Positions 41,078 to 54,590 of a DNA stretch of 64,000 bases are shown piece by piece (position 1 is the first letter of the stretch; every line of letters begins with the position of its first letter). The stretch spans positions 30,318,001 through 30,382,000 of the forward strand of contig NC_043015.1 of NCBI RefSeq assembly GCF_006345805.1, given 5' to 3'. This DNA comes from Octopus sinensis. Its lineage: Eukaryota. The translations under genes were made by a program, and so were the position numbers. The notes under the pieces were generated by a model, which had not been told where the DNA came from, did not search any database, and was given only the letters and a program-made list of their open reading frames with translations.

Positions 41078-41133
41078 TCCCCATAACTGATGTCCCCATA
41101 ACTGATGTCCCCATAACTGATGTCCCCATAACT
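41078..41133. repeat. 15-bp tandem repeat (TCCCCATAACTGATG, about 4 copies) derived from the SINE A tail
   Basis: Direct reading. Matches GTCCCCRTAACTTA in SINE A. Confidence 0.85.
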
Positions 41134-41282
41134 TATGAAAGTTTGTGAATGAATATATATATATGTGTGTGTGTGTGTGGTATGAAGCATGCCACTTTGG
41201 GCAAGTGTCTTCTACTATAGCCTTGGGCCAACCAAAGCCTTGTGAGTAGATTTAGTAGACAGAAACTGAAAGAAGCCCATTG

Positions 41283-41327
<45 letters not shown>

Positions 41328-41995
41328 TTTATCTATGTGTATGTCTTTATATCTGTTCCCCCCTCACTGCTTGACAATCAGTGTCAATGTGCTTATGTCC
41401 CCATAACTTAACAGTTCGGCAAACAAGACTGATAGAATAAGTACCAGGCTTAAAAAATAAGTCCTAGGGTTAGAATTTCTCTTACGATACAGTTACTAGA
41501 ACAGGGCTTGCCTGGAGCTAAATAATAAAACACCTTCCTCCATAGTATTACTGGTTCATCTCAGGTAAACCCTACGCAAAAAAAAACAAAAAACGATGTC
41601 TGGGCTTAATGTTATGTTACACTTATGTAAAAATCTTGAACATAGGTAGACAATTAAGGACATTCAACAGCAATCAACTTTGTCTCTAATGTACTTCAGT
41701 TCCCCACTTGTGTGCTGATAACAATGGCAGTTAACCTTTTGCCTGTCTGAACAACCCCAGACAGATAAAATTTAGTAACAACAGTTAAGTATAGAAAGGG
41801 TTATACAGAGTGCAAGACTAAGTGCCCCTGTCACATGGATGACTGATAAGATAAAAGGATCAGGAGAGTTTTGTATTTAAGAGAATGTAGAGGATAAAGG
41901 TTGAATGGATTAAGTTTTAATTGAACCTGTAAATTTTTAGTCTTTAAGTGGTAGTCTAAAACAGTCATACGATAGTTGAAGTGGTGATAGCTGGT

Positions 41996-42408
41996 ACCTA
42001 TTTCTTTACTACCCACAAGGGGCTAAACACAGAGGGGACAAACAAGGACAGACAAGCGGATTAAGTCGATTATATCGGCCCCAGTGCGTAACTGGTACTT
42101 AATTTATCGACCCCGAAAGGATGAAAGGCAAAGTCGACCTCGGCGGAATTTGAACTCAGAACATAATGACAAACGAAATACCTATTTCTTTACTACCTAC
42201 AAGGGGCTAAACACAGAGAGGACAAACAAGGACAGACAAGCGGATTAAGTCGATTATATCGACCCCAGTGCTTAACTGGTACTTAATTTATCGACCCCGA
42301 AAGGATGAAACATTAAAGTCGACCTCGGTGGAATTTGAACTCAGAACATAACGGCAGGCGAAATATGGCTACACATTTCGCCCGGCGTGCTAACGTTTCT
42401 GCCAGCTT
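41996..42408 (-). mobile_element. SINE family B tandem dimer
   Basis: One head plus two body units of about 185 bp. Confidence 0.9.
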
Positions 42409-42560
42409 GTACCTGTATGATGGTAGTGCTGTGTTGTTACCTATAGTGGTGTGGTAGTGATGTGGGTGCCTCTAATAGTGTCTTAAGGGATGTGTGGATG
42501 CTTGTGGTATCTATAAAGGCTGTGTTGGTGCTTGTTGGGGTAGTGCTGTTTGTAAAGATG

Positions 42561-42782
42561 TATGAGCGGGTACCGAAAAGTTCTTGACTTTAAGGGTGTC
42601 AGAAAAGACCTGGTTGGGGGCCCAGCATTCCAAGTTCTTTTACAGCGCTTAGAAAAACTGAAGGGCTACTTCAATAAGTGTGTGAGTCTGAGAGGGGAAT
42701 ATGTTGAATGAAATCATAATTGATTAATCCCCTTGTATTTTCTTTTACCCAAAGCCAAGAACTTTTCAGCACCCCCCTTGTA
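42561..42782 (+). mobile_element. Internally deleted mariner element
   Basis: TA-flanked TIRs (GAAAAGTTCTTG/CAAGAACTTTTC). Retains the transposase C-terminus KCVSLRGEYVE*. Confidence 0.85.
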
Positions 42783-43945
42783 TTGTTGCATCTACTGGTG
42801 CAGTGTTGATGCACTTTGTAGGGACGTGTTAGTGCTGTAGTAGTGTCTATAAAGGATGTATTGTTTCTTGTAGTGGTAATGTTGTCTGTAGAAATGTGTT
42901 GGTACTTGTAACACTGTGCTGATACATTTCTCCACTACCCACAAGGGGCTACACACAGAGGGGACAAACAAGGACAGACAAACGAATTAAGTCAATTACA
43001 TTGACCCCAGTGCGTAACTGGTACTTAATTTATCAACCCTGAAAGGATGAAAGGCAAAGTCGACCTCGGCGGAATTTGAACTCAGAGCGTAATGGCAGAT
43101 GAAATACGGCTACGGATTTTGCCCCGATAGCTATCTGTTGGAATGTACTAGTGCCCCTAGTGGTAGCTGTCTGTAGGGATTTGTCAGTGCCTTTCATAGT
43201 GTGGTAGTAGGTTATCTGTAGTAGGAATGTATTGGTGCCTCTAGTGGTGTGATGATAGCTGTCTGTGGCAATGTGCTATTTGTAGGGATCTGTTGGTGCT
43301 CGTATGTTGTTATTTAAATGCAGGCCAATGATCAAATGATCAAAAGTGCTCCAGCTAACGAGGATTGTGTTGTATAGCGCACAGCAGCCATGTCCTTCTC
43401 TTACAGATATTTTCACCTGATCTTTGGCTCAATGATTTCTGGTCAAAATATCTCAAAATTTTACCCTTTTTACCTCCTTTTCCCCAGTCTAGAGGTACCT
43501 GCAGAAGTGTCATGGGCACTTTCCTAACCCACTCATTAAAGAAACGAAAGAAAAAGAAAGAATTAAGTGTACAGTGCAAATAACGAAGCAAGGAAGTAGT
43601 CTCAACGGGTTTGAAGTCAAACATTTTTCACCTGGTCATTTTATACAACGTCTACTTAATCATTTTACTTCTGCTGTGTGTGTGTGTGTGTGTGTGTAAG
43701 TGTGTGTGTGCATGACCAAATATGGGTTTGTATATGTATGTGTGTGTGTGTGTTAAACACTGACATACATATGTATGAAATAAAAATTTATCTTAGAAAT
43801 ATTTTAAATATTTTAAAGACAAAAATGAAAAATTCCAGGCATTTCTAACCGGTTAGAAAATGGACAGACTTATGTTGTAGTTGTTGTTAGTTGATTGTGA
43901 CTTAGGTAATGATGGTGGTGGCAGTGGTGGTGGTAGTAGTAGTAT

Positions 43946-43990
<45 letters not shown>

Positions 43991-43991
43991 A

Positions 43992-44023
<32 letters not shown>

Positions 44024-44394
44024 TAGAAGCAGCAGTAGTAGTAGTATTCAAGGTGGTGCTGGTTTTGTTGATGGTTGAATGTGGTTTAGGTAGTTAATAG
44101 TAATGTTGTTCAGAATGGTAGCTTCATTGTTTATAGTAATCATTGTAGTGGTAGTAGTAGTAGTGGTGGTTTTGAGGATTGTGCTTTTGTTGTAGTTGAT
44201 ATTGTTTTTAGCCCTGGATGAACTTTGATCAAGCAAATCTATGATCAAAAGCATTCTGGGTAGTATTCACAGTTCTACATCAATAACTCACTTCCCCAGG
44301 CTGTTGGGAAAAAGTAACGGATCATCTAGCAAAATGTAATCTGTGATAGGCTAGCATCTTTTCCAAGGCTGTTGCGTTTCTCATCAATTTAAAC

Positions 44395-44650
44395 CAGTCA
44401 TTCTCAACCATTTTTTACCTATGGACCCCTTTGATTCCTATTTTACTTGGGTGGACCATCATAGCTTTTTGATGTTAAAAGAAATCTTATTATATTTTTA
44501 TAATTAAATATTAGAAGAAATTGTATTTAAAAATTAAAATATTTTGTGTATTGTAGAAGTGTAACCAATCTATTGCACATAAATTTTAACAACACAATCT
44601 TACATGACCCCCCCCCCAAGAGTCATATGGACACCAGTTGAGGACCACCG
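44395..44650. mobile_element. hAT (Charlie-like) MITE
   Basis: TIRs CAGTCATTCTCAAC/GTTGAGGACCACCG; TSD ATTTAAAC/ATCTAAAC. Confidence 0.85.
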
Positions 44651-45097
44651 ATCTAAACATGTGAAACCAGAGCGGAGCGATAATGTAATGTAGTGTTGAA
44701 CTGTGTTGTTGTTGTTGTTTAAGCCCCGTAGTATAGTGTGATGTGAAGTGGTGTTGTGTGGAGATAGTGTAGTGCAGTTTGATGTACTATGGTGTAATGC
44801 AGTACAATGTAGTGTATAAGACTTAAAGAAATTTTACCATTTTGGCTACTTGCCAAAGAAGACATTGGAACTTGGTACATTCTTAGTGCTTACCAGCTCC
44901 TGTCGGACCATTCAGTCCATGCAAATATGGAAAGCAGACGTTAAAGGTGGTGGTGGTGATGATGATAATGATGGTGATGATGATAGTGATGATGATGGTG
45001 ATGGTGATGATGATGATGATTTCATTGTCAGCGAAGTGATGAGAAATGGGAGAGAGAAATCCATTCAAAAGACCCCCACCCCACCTTACAGTAGTTA

Positions 45098-45317
45098 CCC
45101 TTTCGTTACCAACCCGGCTGAAACCGGCCCTGGCTTTGAGTACAAATATCTTGTTTTCAAAAGTTCTGAATTAAAATCTTCCCCCAAGCCTTAGTCACAA
45201 TTTATGTTCCTAACACTAGCTTAATGATAACTAAGTTATTTTACTAAATTCTTTGTTATATTTAAAGTAATTGAAAGAAACACAGAGCATCTCAAAATAA
45301 ATACGGTAACAAAAGGG
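45098..45317. mobile_element. piggyBac-like TTAA MITE, single copy
   Basis: CCCTTTCGTTAC...GTAACAAAAGGG-TTAA; same sequence as 5639-6082. Confidence 0.9.
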
Positions 45318-45392
45318 TTAACGTTCTGATTTCAGATCTTTGTGGAGGTGTTGATAAAGTATATAGCAATCATGCATTGGGGGGCAGTTTTA

Positions 45393-46057
45393 ATCCTTTA
45401 GCATTCAAACTGGCCATAATATCTGGCTCAAATATTCAACATGTTTTATGTTCAAGCCAGCCAGATCTGGGCTCATACCTTACCTTATAATGTCATTCTA
45501 AAACTAAACAATGACATCGGCGCAGGAGTGGCTGTGTGGTAAGTAGCTTGCTAACCAACCACATGGTTCTGGGTTCAGTCCCACTGCGTGGCATCTGCTA
45601 TAGCCCCGGGCCGACCAATGCCTTGTGAGTGGATTTGGTAGACGGAAACTGAAAGAGGCCCGTCGTATATATATATTATATATATATATATATATATCTA
45701 TATTATATATATATGTGTGTATGTGTGTGTGTGTGTGTTTGTGTGAGTGTGTTTGTCCCCCTAGCATTGCTTGACAACCAATACTGGTGTGTTTACGTCC
45801 CCGTCACTTAGCGGTTTGGCAAAAGAGACCGATAGAATAAGTACTGGGCTTACAAAAGAATAAGTCCCGGGGTCGATTTGCTCGACTAAAGGCGGTGCTC
45901 CAGCATGGCCGCAGTCAAATGACTGAAACAAGTAAAAGAGTAAAAAGAGTAAGAGTATCATCGAAGTCTCAAAGTTATGAGAAAATGCAAGATTAATTCA
46001 GAACAAATATGAATAAATAAGCTTAATATTTGACAGAGTAATCTGAATGGCAAAGGG
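45393..46057. mobile_element. Second TTAA-type MITE (degenerate), split by a SINE A
   Basis: Imperfect termini ttaa-TCCTTTAGCATTC ... GAATGGCAAAGGG. Confidence 0.65.
45519..45950 (+). mobile_element. SINE family A inserted inside a TTAA-type MITE
   Basis: Same motifs. Splits the element at 45393-46057. Confidence 0.9.
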
Positions 46058-47492
46058 TGAATAAACCGTAGCTCAGTGGCAAAGAAAGCTGTATATTCCT
46101 ACTTGAAGTGAATGTCAGTTATCTGTACTGCAACACTGAAACTTGTAGTTTGACATTCCAGGATTTCCATTTAAATACTTTTGACCACTTCCTTCCATAA
46201 CAGCTTAGTTCTTCTGTCCTGGCACCAATGGGAAGTCAGCAATGTTACTACACTGGTATTTCTCATTTTCTGCTGTTGCTTCTGTAGCAGTTGTTGTTGT
46301 TGTTGCTATTGTTGTTGTCACCCGTGATGAGAGTGATGATGATGATGGTGTCAATTACAGTGGTAATTGTAGTTGAGTGTGTAATGTGTCTGCATACATA
46401 TATGTATATATAAATGTGTCTCCGTTTTTTCCCCATGTTTTTACCTCTCAACCCTTTCTGTCTAAGAACATAGGCTCGAAGCATCATGGACTTTTCCATT
46501 CTTCCTGAGGGTCAAACTTATACCTCTGCTTGTTGTTCCCTCTCCTGTCTTCGTCTTTTGTTTTCTGTAAATTTGAACTATATATATACACACACACACA
46601 CACACACATGCATATATAGCGTTAGGAAGGGCATCCAGCTGTAGAAACTCTGCCAGATCAAGACTGGAGCCTGGTGCAGTCATCTGGTTCGCCAGCCCTC
46701 AGTCATTCGTCCAACCCATGCTAGCATGGAAAGCAGACGTTAAATGACGATGATGATGATATATATATATATATAACGTATGTATGTATATATACAAGGA
46801 TATTACCTGTTTTTACTTGGTATAGTGTAAATTAGAACTGAAATGAATTTAGATAATACAAAACCTCACAGTGGATGAGATAGGAAGTTAAACACATTCT
46901 TCTTATGCTACTGATGTGCAGAGAAGGAGCATTTCCTGTTAAACCATTTTCATGGTTTGACAACTTAGGACCTTTACAATGACAAGACTCCATGCTAGTG
47001 AAAGCCCATCATACCCATGCAGGCACAGAAAAGAGATTATGAAATTTAAATGTTGATGACGATGATGATGATGATGATGATGATATTCCTATATATAACA
47101 CATATTGTTAAATACCTGAATATACTCAAAACCACATAATCTATATGTACATATATTACAACAGGTATCTGTATATTACATACAAAATCATGAATGAGAG
47201 GAGATAGCTCTTATAATTGATTTCAAGTAATACAGTGCTACGCCTTTGTCTTGAGAGAATACAAACAGAACAGAACATGTGTAATACTTAAAAATGGTTG
47301 TAATATATGCATAGCCAGAATATCTTTCAGAGATTAAATGTAAATGAATTAAGATGAAAGCTGTTCTACTTCAATAAATTAAATCCTATATACAATGGTA
47401 TATATTGATATGTTAATGCTATGGTAGTACTTGATATCATTCAGATAGAGCTAAGAGTGTGCATGTACAGACATGTATGTATGTATGTATGC

Positions 47493-47960
47493 AACCGCGT
47501 GATCGGGTATTCAGTCCGATTATTTCTACGTCCCCGTGCATGATACAGCCTTAAGACATTTATTGGATGGCCGTTGACTCTCAAGCGTTCCTTCGCCCTT
47601 TGACGGGTTTTGTTTTTCATCCCGCAGGGTGTCCAATAAACACCCTCCTCACCAAACAAGCTTAGTGGGGTTGCCAGTTTAGTCGCCGATGACCCGACCA
47701 TGCAACAGGTTGTACTGGGTTACATGTTACCGGTAGCACTCGAAAATTACCTTTGTTAGGGCATCCTTCTATGAGAAGGTAACTCAGGTAACTGGGATAA
47801 CTCCGACATAAAACCTGTGGCTCAGTGGTTACCGATGATGTTGACTTGTTCTTCTTTTCGGATTATGGCTGCTGTTGCTTAGTGAGTGGGATTGACTCAG
47901 TGCACAGCCTTTCCTCACTTTAAAAGAAATCTTCTTGCACAGGCATTGCACAATAACAAC
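47493..47960. mobile_element. CpG-retaining insertion between (TATG)n runs; unclassified young repeat
   Basis: Abrupt GC/CpG-richer segment in a CpG-depleted background. No second copy in the window. Confidence 0.4.
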
Positions 47961-48089
47961 ATTGATTAAGCTTCATGCAATGGCTATACTCGATAACGAG
48001 GGGGCAGCCACCATGCATTTATGTATGTATGTATGTATGTATGCATGTATGTATGTATGTATGCATGCATACATACATTTTTTGCTGTA

Positions 48090-48822
48090 CATGCACACTG
48101 ATGTTGCACATCCAATGGAGAATACTGTTTTCATTTGTCTTCCATCTACGCATGTCCTCCGCATTCAGAGCCCATGTCTCACTGCCATGGAGAATATCCG
48201 TTCATACACAAGCATCATACAATCTACCTTTTACTCTGTGAGAGAATCCCTTTGTTACCAACTGGGGTAGTAGCTCTCTGAACTTCCTCCATCCTATTCC
48301 TATTCTAGAAATAATACTTTCATAACATCCTCCCCCATTGCTAATTTGGTTACCAAAGTAACAGAAACTATCTACAACCTCAAGAGAGTCTCCTGTGCAT
48401 TTCAGAGAGTCTAATTCTCATGTGCTTTGGTGCTTATTGTTCCTGCACATCTGCTACATATGAAGACAACTTAATCTCTTACGCTACCTGTGATTCCACT
48501 GCACCAATTATGTGCCCATAGCTTACACAGGGTGCGGTGAATGGAATTACTTCAAACTCCTTTCCTGCATATTGAGCAGAACCACTTACCTGACTGAAAG
48601 AGAGTCTCATCTACTTTCTTGCTAACAACAGCTTTAGTTTTTGCTAGGTTAACATTAAGGTCCTTTGATTCCAGGTTTTGCTTCCATACCTGGTATTTCT
48701 TCTCCAATTCTTCTACATATTCTGCAATAAGAGGGAGGTCGTCCAGTTTTGAAAACCTCTGTTATGGCCTAGAGGGCTATGGTGAATAAGAGTGTACAGA
48801 AAACTGAACCCTGGTGAACCTC
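48090..48822 (-). mobile_element. Degenerate RTE-type LINE reverse transcriptase fragment
   Basis: The - strand reads VHQGSVFCTLLFTIAL*AITEVFKTG, homologous to 60847-60943, with stops and frameshifts. Confidence 0.75.
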
Positions 48823-48884
48823 ATATGCATGTATGTATGTGTGTGTGGTGTGTGTGTGTGTATATATATATATATGAGTTCAGC

Positions 48885-48949
<65 letters not shown>

Positions 48950-49084
48950 GAATATGGTACTTCGGTTGAGGCACCAGAATTTAATACAGTATTATCCATA
49001 CAATTTAAAATAAGGTGATTAGAATCAAAATAAGCAACAAGGATATCCAGAGGTAATGCAGTACGATTGTTTCACGCAACTCCC

Positions 49085-49115
<31 letters not shown>

Positions 49116-49117
49116 AA

Positions 49118-49312
49118 TGTGACCACGTGTGTATCGATGGCGATTTTTTTCCTCCATCTTCCCTTCCTTGAATCTTTCCTTTTCCTATGTTTCTGACGAA
49201 GAGCTCCGCTCGAAATGTTAAATCCCCCTTCTTTCTTTCCTTTCTTGAGCGACCAATAACTCTATACTTGTTCCACGTCCTCTTGTTGTTGTGCTTTTAT
49301 GTTTGGATTAAC
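49118..49312 (+). mobile_element. Penelope-like remnant with a hammerhead motif at 49193-49225
   Basis: CTGACGA-A-GAGCtccGCTC-GAAA-TGTTA. Homologous to 34924-35045; flanked by (TA)n. Confidence 0.65.
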
Positions 49313-50023
49313 TATATATATATATATATATATATATAGTCAAAAATTGTGAAGCATGACTGTCACCACTACTACATGAACCCGAAGATTGCAGAATTCA
49401 ATGCATGAAAGTACTAGTTCAATCAGAATGAACATTTAACATTCTACTATTTCATTTTATTTTATTCAATTATAATATATTATCTTATAATATATCATTA
49501 TAAGATTGTAAATAAAACGTGAAAATCAGACAATGTTGGAATTCCTTTTATTATTATTATATATATATATATATAGTAAACTCCCTATTATCTGATACTC
49601 AAATAACTAAAACTCTCAAGCAACTAACACCCAGGAAAAAAACTAAAGAAAATATTTGTTACTTAGAGTTAAGAGAATTTGGGTTAATCAATTAATTGTC
49701 ATTAACAGAAAGAAAGTTTCTAATGCATCCAAAATGGATCGTTGCTTCTCAAAATAGAGTGTTTTACTTAACTTCATTTACAGTATCCTTATTTTATTAG
49801 GTTAATAAAGTTTGTTCTTTACTGAAATTATATTTTTTATATTTTTTTTCCTATTTCTATCATTGCTAGAATATTCAGTATATTAACGACAATACTGATG
49901 TATTGATAGAATTTTAATGAGTTCTGTGAGGTGCTATGGTAATTTAAAAAGTAATGATCAGCTATCTGGGAAATTCAGTTATCTGGCAACCCTCCAGTCC
50001 TAGGAGGAAGCTTGCTGCATGCA

Positions 50024-50056
<33 letters not shown>

Positions 50057-50247
50057 GCTTTATGTTATTGATATTATTGATAAGTTAATGTCATGATAGT
50101 GCTTGATAATGGTTGAGACAGAGATAAGTGTGTATATATATATATATGCGCATGTGTATGTGTATATACACACACATGTATATATGATGAGCTCTCCCAT
50201 CAAACTTTGAGGTACAAGTAAGTATGTCAATCCACACACAAACAAAG

Positions 50248-50361
50248 TGGAGGCGCGTGGCTTAGTGGTTAGGGTGTTGAACTCATGATCGTAAGGTTGT
50301 GGTTTCGATTCCTGGACCGGTCAACCGGCCCTTATGAGCCTGGCATGGCTCGAAAAGGAAC
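50248..50361 (+). mobile_element. Short SINE D derivative (tRNA head joined directly to a tail)
   Basis: TGGCTTAGTGG and GGTTTCGATTCC, with no core segment. Confidence 0.6.
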
Positions 50362-50649
50362 ATTTATTTTTTTAACACACAAACGCACACATGATGCATT
50401 ACATAATCCTCTTGATAACTTTGAAGGTATAGACATATATTGGAACACATTTACAATTGTAAAGTTTTTAACTAAATATAAACATATAAACATTCTACAT
50501 AATTTTATATGTGGATATGTAGGATGCTAGTCTTCTTTAATTCTGTTCAAGAACTGTAAAATTCATCCCACGAAAACATCGTTTTCTTCGTCTGCTGCCA
50601 AGGCATTTTTTTCCAAATACGCCAGCTAAGCTTCATTGAACTGTCTAAA

Positions 50650-51047
50650 GTCGTAAAATACCCATTGTTTTTGTCCTGTTATTACTATTATTGTTTTTTG
50701 TATTTATATTCATGTGGCATCGTCCGTTTTTCTGTCCTTGTTTCGTATAAATTCGATTCTTTTTCCAAGAAATCTAATGCACGTAGCTTAGTTTTTCCTT
50801 GGGGCTGGCCGGATCAGAGCGATCTCAAGATTAATCAGCCGAAATTGCGAGGATGATCCGGTTCTTGACTGAAGATTGAAGGCTTTGAATGTCCCATCCG
50901 TGTTTTTTGTATGGTCTTCTAAATGTTTTACGTTCTTGTCCCAGTTTGTATTTTTCTACATATAATATATATATATGTATATTTGGTTTTGTCACATTTT
51001 CTGTATTTTTGTTAAATTTTCTGGTTGTTGTGTTTTTATAAAATTTC

Positions 51048-51050
<3 letters not shown>
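50650..51050. mobile_element. (TA)n-associated interspersed repeat, possibly Penelope-like; second copy at 63858-64000
   Basis: About 140 bp shared (GATCTCAAGATTAATCAGCCGAAATTGCG...CTGAAGATTGAAGGC). Confidence 0.7.
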
Positions 51051-51114
<64 letters not shown>

Positions 51115-51992
51115 GTCTGGCCATTGTGGTTTTTATGTTCCCCCATCTAAGCTATGGAAAAATAGATGTTAAACAAAGAATATATACTCACTCACACACA
51201 CACACATGATAGGTTTCCATACAGTTTCTATTTTCCAAATTCCATTCATAAGGTTTTTATAGATCGGCCACTAGCAACAGCAGATGACCCTTGACCAAGA
51301 TACAGACAGTGAAGTCAGACCCCCAAAACTACATATTTACAAAGCAAACTTCTTAATGACATTGTTATACCTAAAGCTTTTTACACACACACACACACAT
51401 AGATGCATGTATGTGTGTGCGTATTATTGCCACAAAGGCAATTAAAGGAATCATTATTAACCATTAAACAAAAGAAAACATTATACTCCAGTTGAAACGG
51501 TACAGTATAGAAATGGTTAAGTGATGCGATATAATTGGTTTGTGTTTTCTTTTCTTCAATGACATTTATCTTTGTTGTTTTACACCCATTTATTTTCCCA
51601 TGTTGGTATGGGTGCAACAGGTCCCGTTAACGAGGCTGGCTGTATGTAATTGCTGGAACAATTGTTTTTATAAGCTGGATGGTCTTCCTGTTGCTAAATC
51701 ATTCAATCAACTGTAAAGAAGCCGGAACCAAAGAGGAAGCCTATTTATAAGTAGTTGCTCTACTTGCTAGCAACAGCAGCCAAGTCTCCCTCAAATAACA
51801 TTTTATCATCTTAAAAAGTAGAAGGACAGGTTGGATAATAGAGGTCGACTTTGCCTTTCATCCTTTCGGGGTCGATAAATAAAGTACCAGTTTCGCACTG
51901 GGGTCGATGTAACCGACTTAATCCCTTTGTCCTTGTTTGTCCCCTCTATGTTTAGCCCCTTGTGGGCAGTAAAGAAATATATATATATATAT

Positions 51993-52183
51993 TCGCCATG
52001 ATGGATCGCTAGCCACTACACATTCTTTATCGTCTCTCCTTGTTTCTTTCTGTACTCCTTTCTGTGGAAGAGCATAGGCTCGAAACATTAAAGATTTTGT
52101 CACTTCCTGAGCGTTATACTAATATATCTGTTTGTTGTCTACACCACCTGTCTTCATCTTTTGTCTCTTTGTGAATTCTCCCC
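51993..52183 (+). mobile_element. Related Penelope-like remnant with a variant hammerhead motif (52058-52093)
   Basis: CTTT-CTGTGGA-A-GAGCatagGCTC-GAAACATT-AAAG, embedded in (TA)n. A more degenerate sister lies at about 46415-46580. Confidence 0.55.
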
Positions 52184-53187
52184 ATATATATATATATATA
52201 TATATATACCCAGGCCTATTACCCATTTTTTTTCAGAGTGGGTAGCTACAACAAGACACACACCAGGCATTCCTTTCATTTCCCAGCTCAAAGAGGCAAG
52301 CCCTGTTCTATGCTTGGGTCAAGGCATAGAACGCAACTCCCTATATCAACAGCGGGGCCCGACAGCATATGCTGGTTTACTTCTGCCGCATCATGCTGGT
52401 TCCATACCCCTTTGAGTAACATCAAATTCACTCATCTGTCCACAAACACTCTCCAAGCTTTCCTATCATTTATAAACTCTCTTGCTTCTCTCACTCCAAC
52501 ACCTCGAACCACCAAAGCTTTCCTTACTTCATCCATCTACACAAACTGAGGTCTGCCACTTACATTATGAAAAAAAAAACATTGGACCATGATATGACAA
52601 AGAAGTTTAGCTCAATATTCAACAACAATGGTGACAGAGAGAACAAGAAATGGTGATATTTTTGAAAGTCCAGCATTCAAAGTTCAAAAGGTCAACAGAA
52701 CCTTTGAAAAGCTATGTTGTCTTCTAGACCCTAGAATTTTGAATTGCTCAACCTATGAATAATAGCAACCAAATCTTCATCAACTCACTCTTTATTGTAT
52801 TAAAAAGAGGACAAATTAGATGATGTAGTCCTGAATGCATTATGTCTTTAACAAAAAGATGTAAGGATTACAGCTTGAATGCTTTTAATCAGGGTTGGTC
52901 TGGGGCTGAACAATAACAACTGTAACAACAATATCACGAATTTCAGATACCTTGTTTCTTTATTCAAGTGCCATTTTATTTTCTTCATTCTGTATATTAT
53001 TGTTATATGAAATTGAATATACACTATTCCTTTGAGCATTTTGTAAAACTTTGCTTGAAGAAATATCCTTATTATATTTATAAAAAAATATTTATTTCAT
53101 GGCTGTATGGATATAAAGTTTGCTTTGTTGCTATATGGATTAAAAATTAAAAATCGGAAGAGGATGTCGTGATAGTAATCATTGATT

Positions 53188-53598
53188 TCATCATCATCAT
53201 CATCATCATTTAACGTCCGTTTTCCTTACTAGCATGGGTTGGACGGTTCAACTGGGGTCTGGGAAGCCAGAAGGCTGCGCCAGGCCCAGTCTGATCTGGC
53301 AGTGTTTCTACGGCTGGATGCCCTTCCTAACGCCAACCACTCCGAGAGTGTAGTGGGTGCTTTTTATGTGCCACCTGCACAGGTGCCAGGCGAGGCTGGC
53401 AAACGGCCACAATCGGATGGTGCCTTTTACGTGCCACCGGCACGGGCCAGACAAGGCTGGCAACGGCCACAATTGGATGGTGGTTTTTACGTGCCACCAG
53501 AACGGAGGCCAGTCGGGGCGGCGCTGGCAACAGCCACGTTCGGATGGTTCTCTTACGTGCCACCGGCACTGGTATCACAGCTACAATTTCCATTGATG
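53188..53598 (-). mobile_element. SINE-like family C, near full length with 3-4 internal units
   Basis: Colinear with both ends of 38597-39946. Confidence 0.9.
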
Positions 53599-54243
53599 TT
53601 TTTTTGTTTTTTATATCTGCTTTTTCATGCTAGTACCGCAAATCTTCCACATTCGGTATCAATATGTTAATACGATGTTGTGTCACAGATCTTCCACATT
53701 TAGCATTCATACCTCACTACTCTGAGGTGTTATACCTATTACACATGTTTCATTTAGTCTGCTTTTGCACTTACAAAGAAGCCCTTTGTTGCTACCGCAG
53801 GCAACATCTTTCAACACCTTCCACCCCTTCCCTATCCTAGCTACTATCCTTTCATTGCACTCCCCTCCACCATTAATTAAATCATTTAAACAACAGAAGC
53901 TATTTACTACATTTGGTAGCTCATGGATTTTATTTTATGGGTGTCCCTACCGTTAACTACTCTTATGCATTTAAACATCACATATGAAGTTCTAATTCTT
54001 TGTCATCTTTTGTGTAATGTTTGTGTGCCTTGAGTACACAGTATCAAGTTTTTAACTGCTCCCTTCCCAGATGGCAATGTGATTTCCTGCTCAGTTTTTA
54101 GTCTAGCACTTTGGTCTTTGTCATCTTGACCTTTAAACCTTGGACTCAGGGTTTCCAGAAATATATAACCCCAGTCACTATACTTTTATTAACTTGAACA
54201 ACCCTGTCTATATTTCTTTATAACATTGTTGTCTAATGTATTA

Positions 54244-54590
54244 AGGTGACGAGCTGGCAGAATCGTTAGCACACCGGGCGAAATGCTTAGCGGTATTTTG
54301 TCTGCCGTTACGTTCTGAGTTCAAATTCCGCCGAGGTCGACTTTGCCTTTCATCCTTTCGGGATCCATTAAATAAGTACCAGTTATGCACTGGGGTCGAT
54401 ATAAGTCGACTTAATCCTTTTGTCTGTCCTTGTTTGTCCCCTCTATGTTTAGCCCCTTGTGGGCAGTAAAGAAATAAGAACCATTAGCATGCTGGGCAAA
54501 ATGCTTAGCGGCATTTCATCTTATCTTTATGTTCTGAGTTCAAATTCCACCAAGGTTGATTTTGCCTTTCATCCTTTCAGGTTTGAAAAA
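54244..54590 (+). mobile_element. SINE family B plus a partial second unit
   Basis: Head, body and tail, then a restart at AGAACCATTAGC. Confidence 0.85.

Noticed and set aside
40327-43583. Possible + strand exons after acceptors near 40333, 41545 and 43406
   Set aside because: No consistent donors or phases and no recognisable protein.
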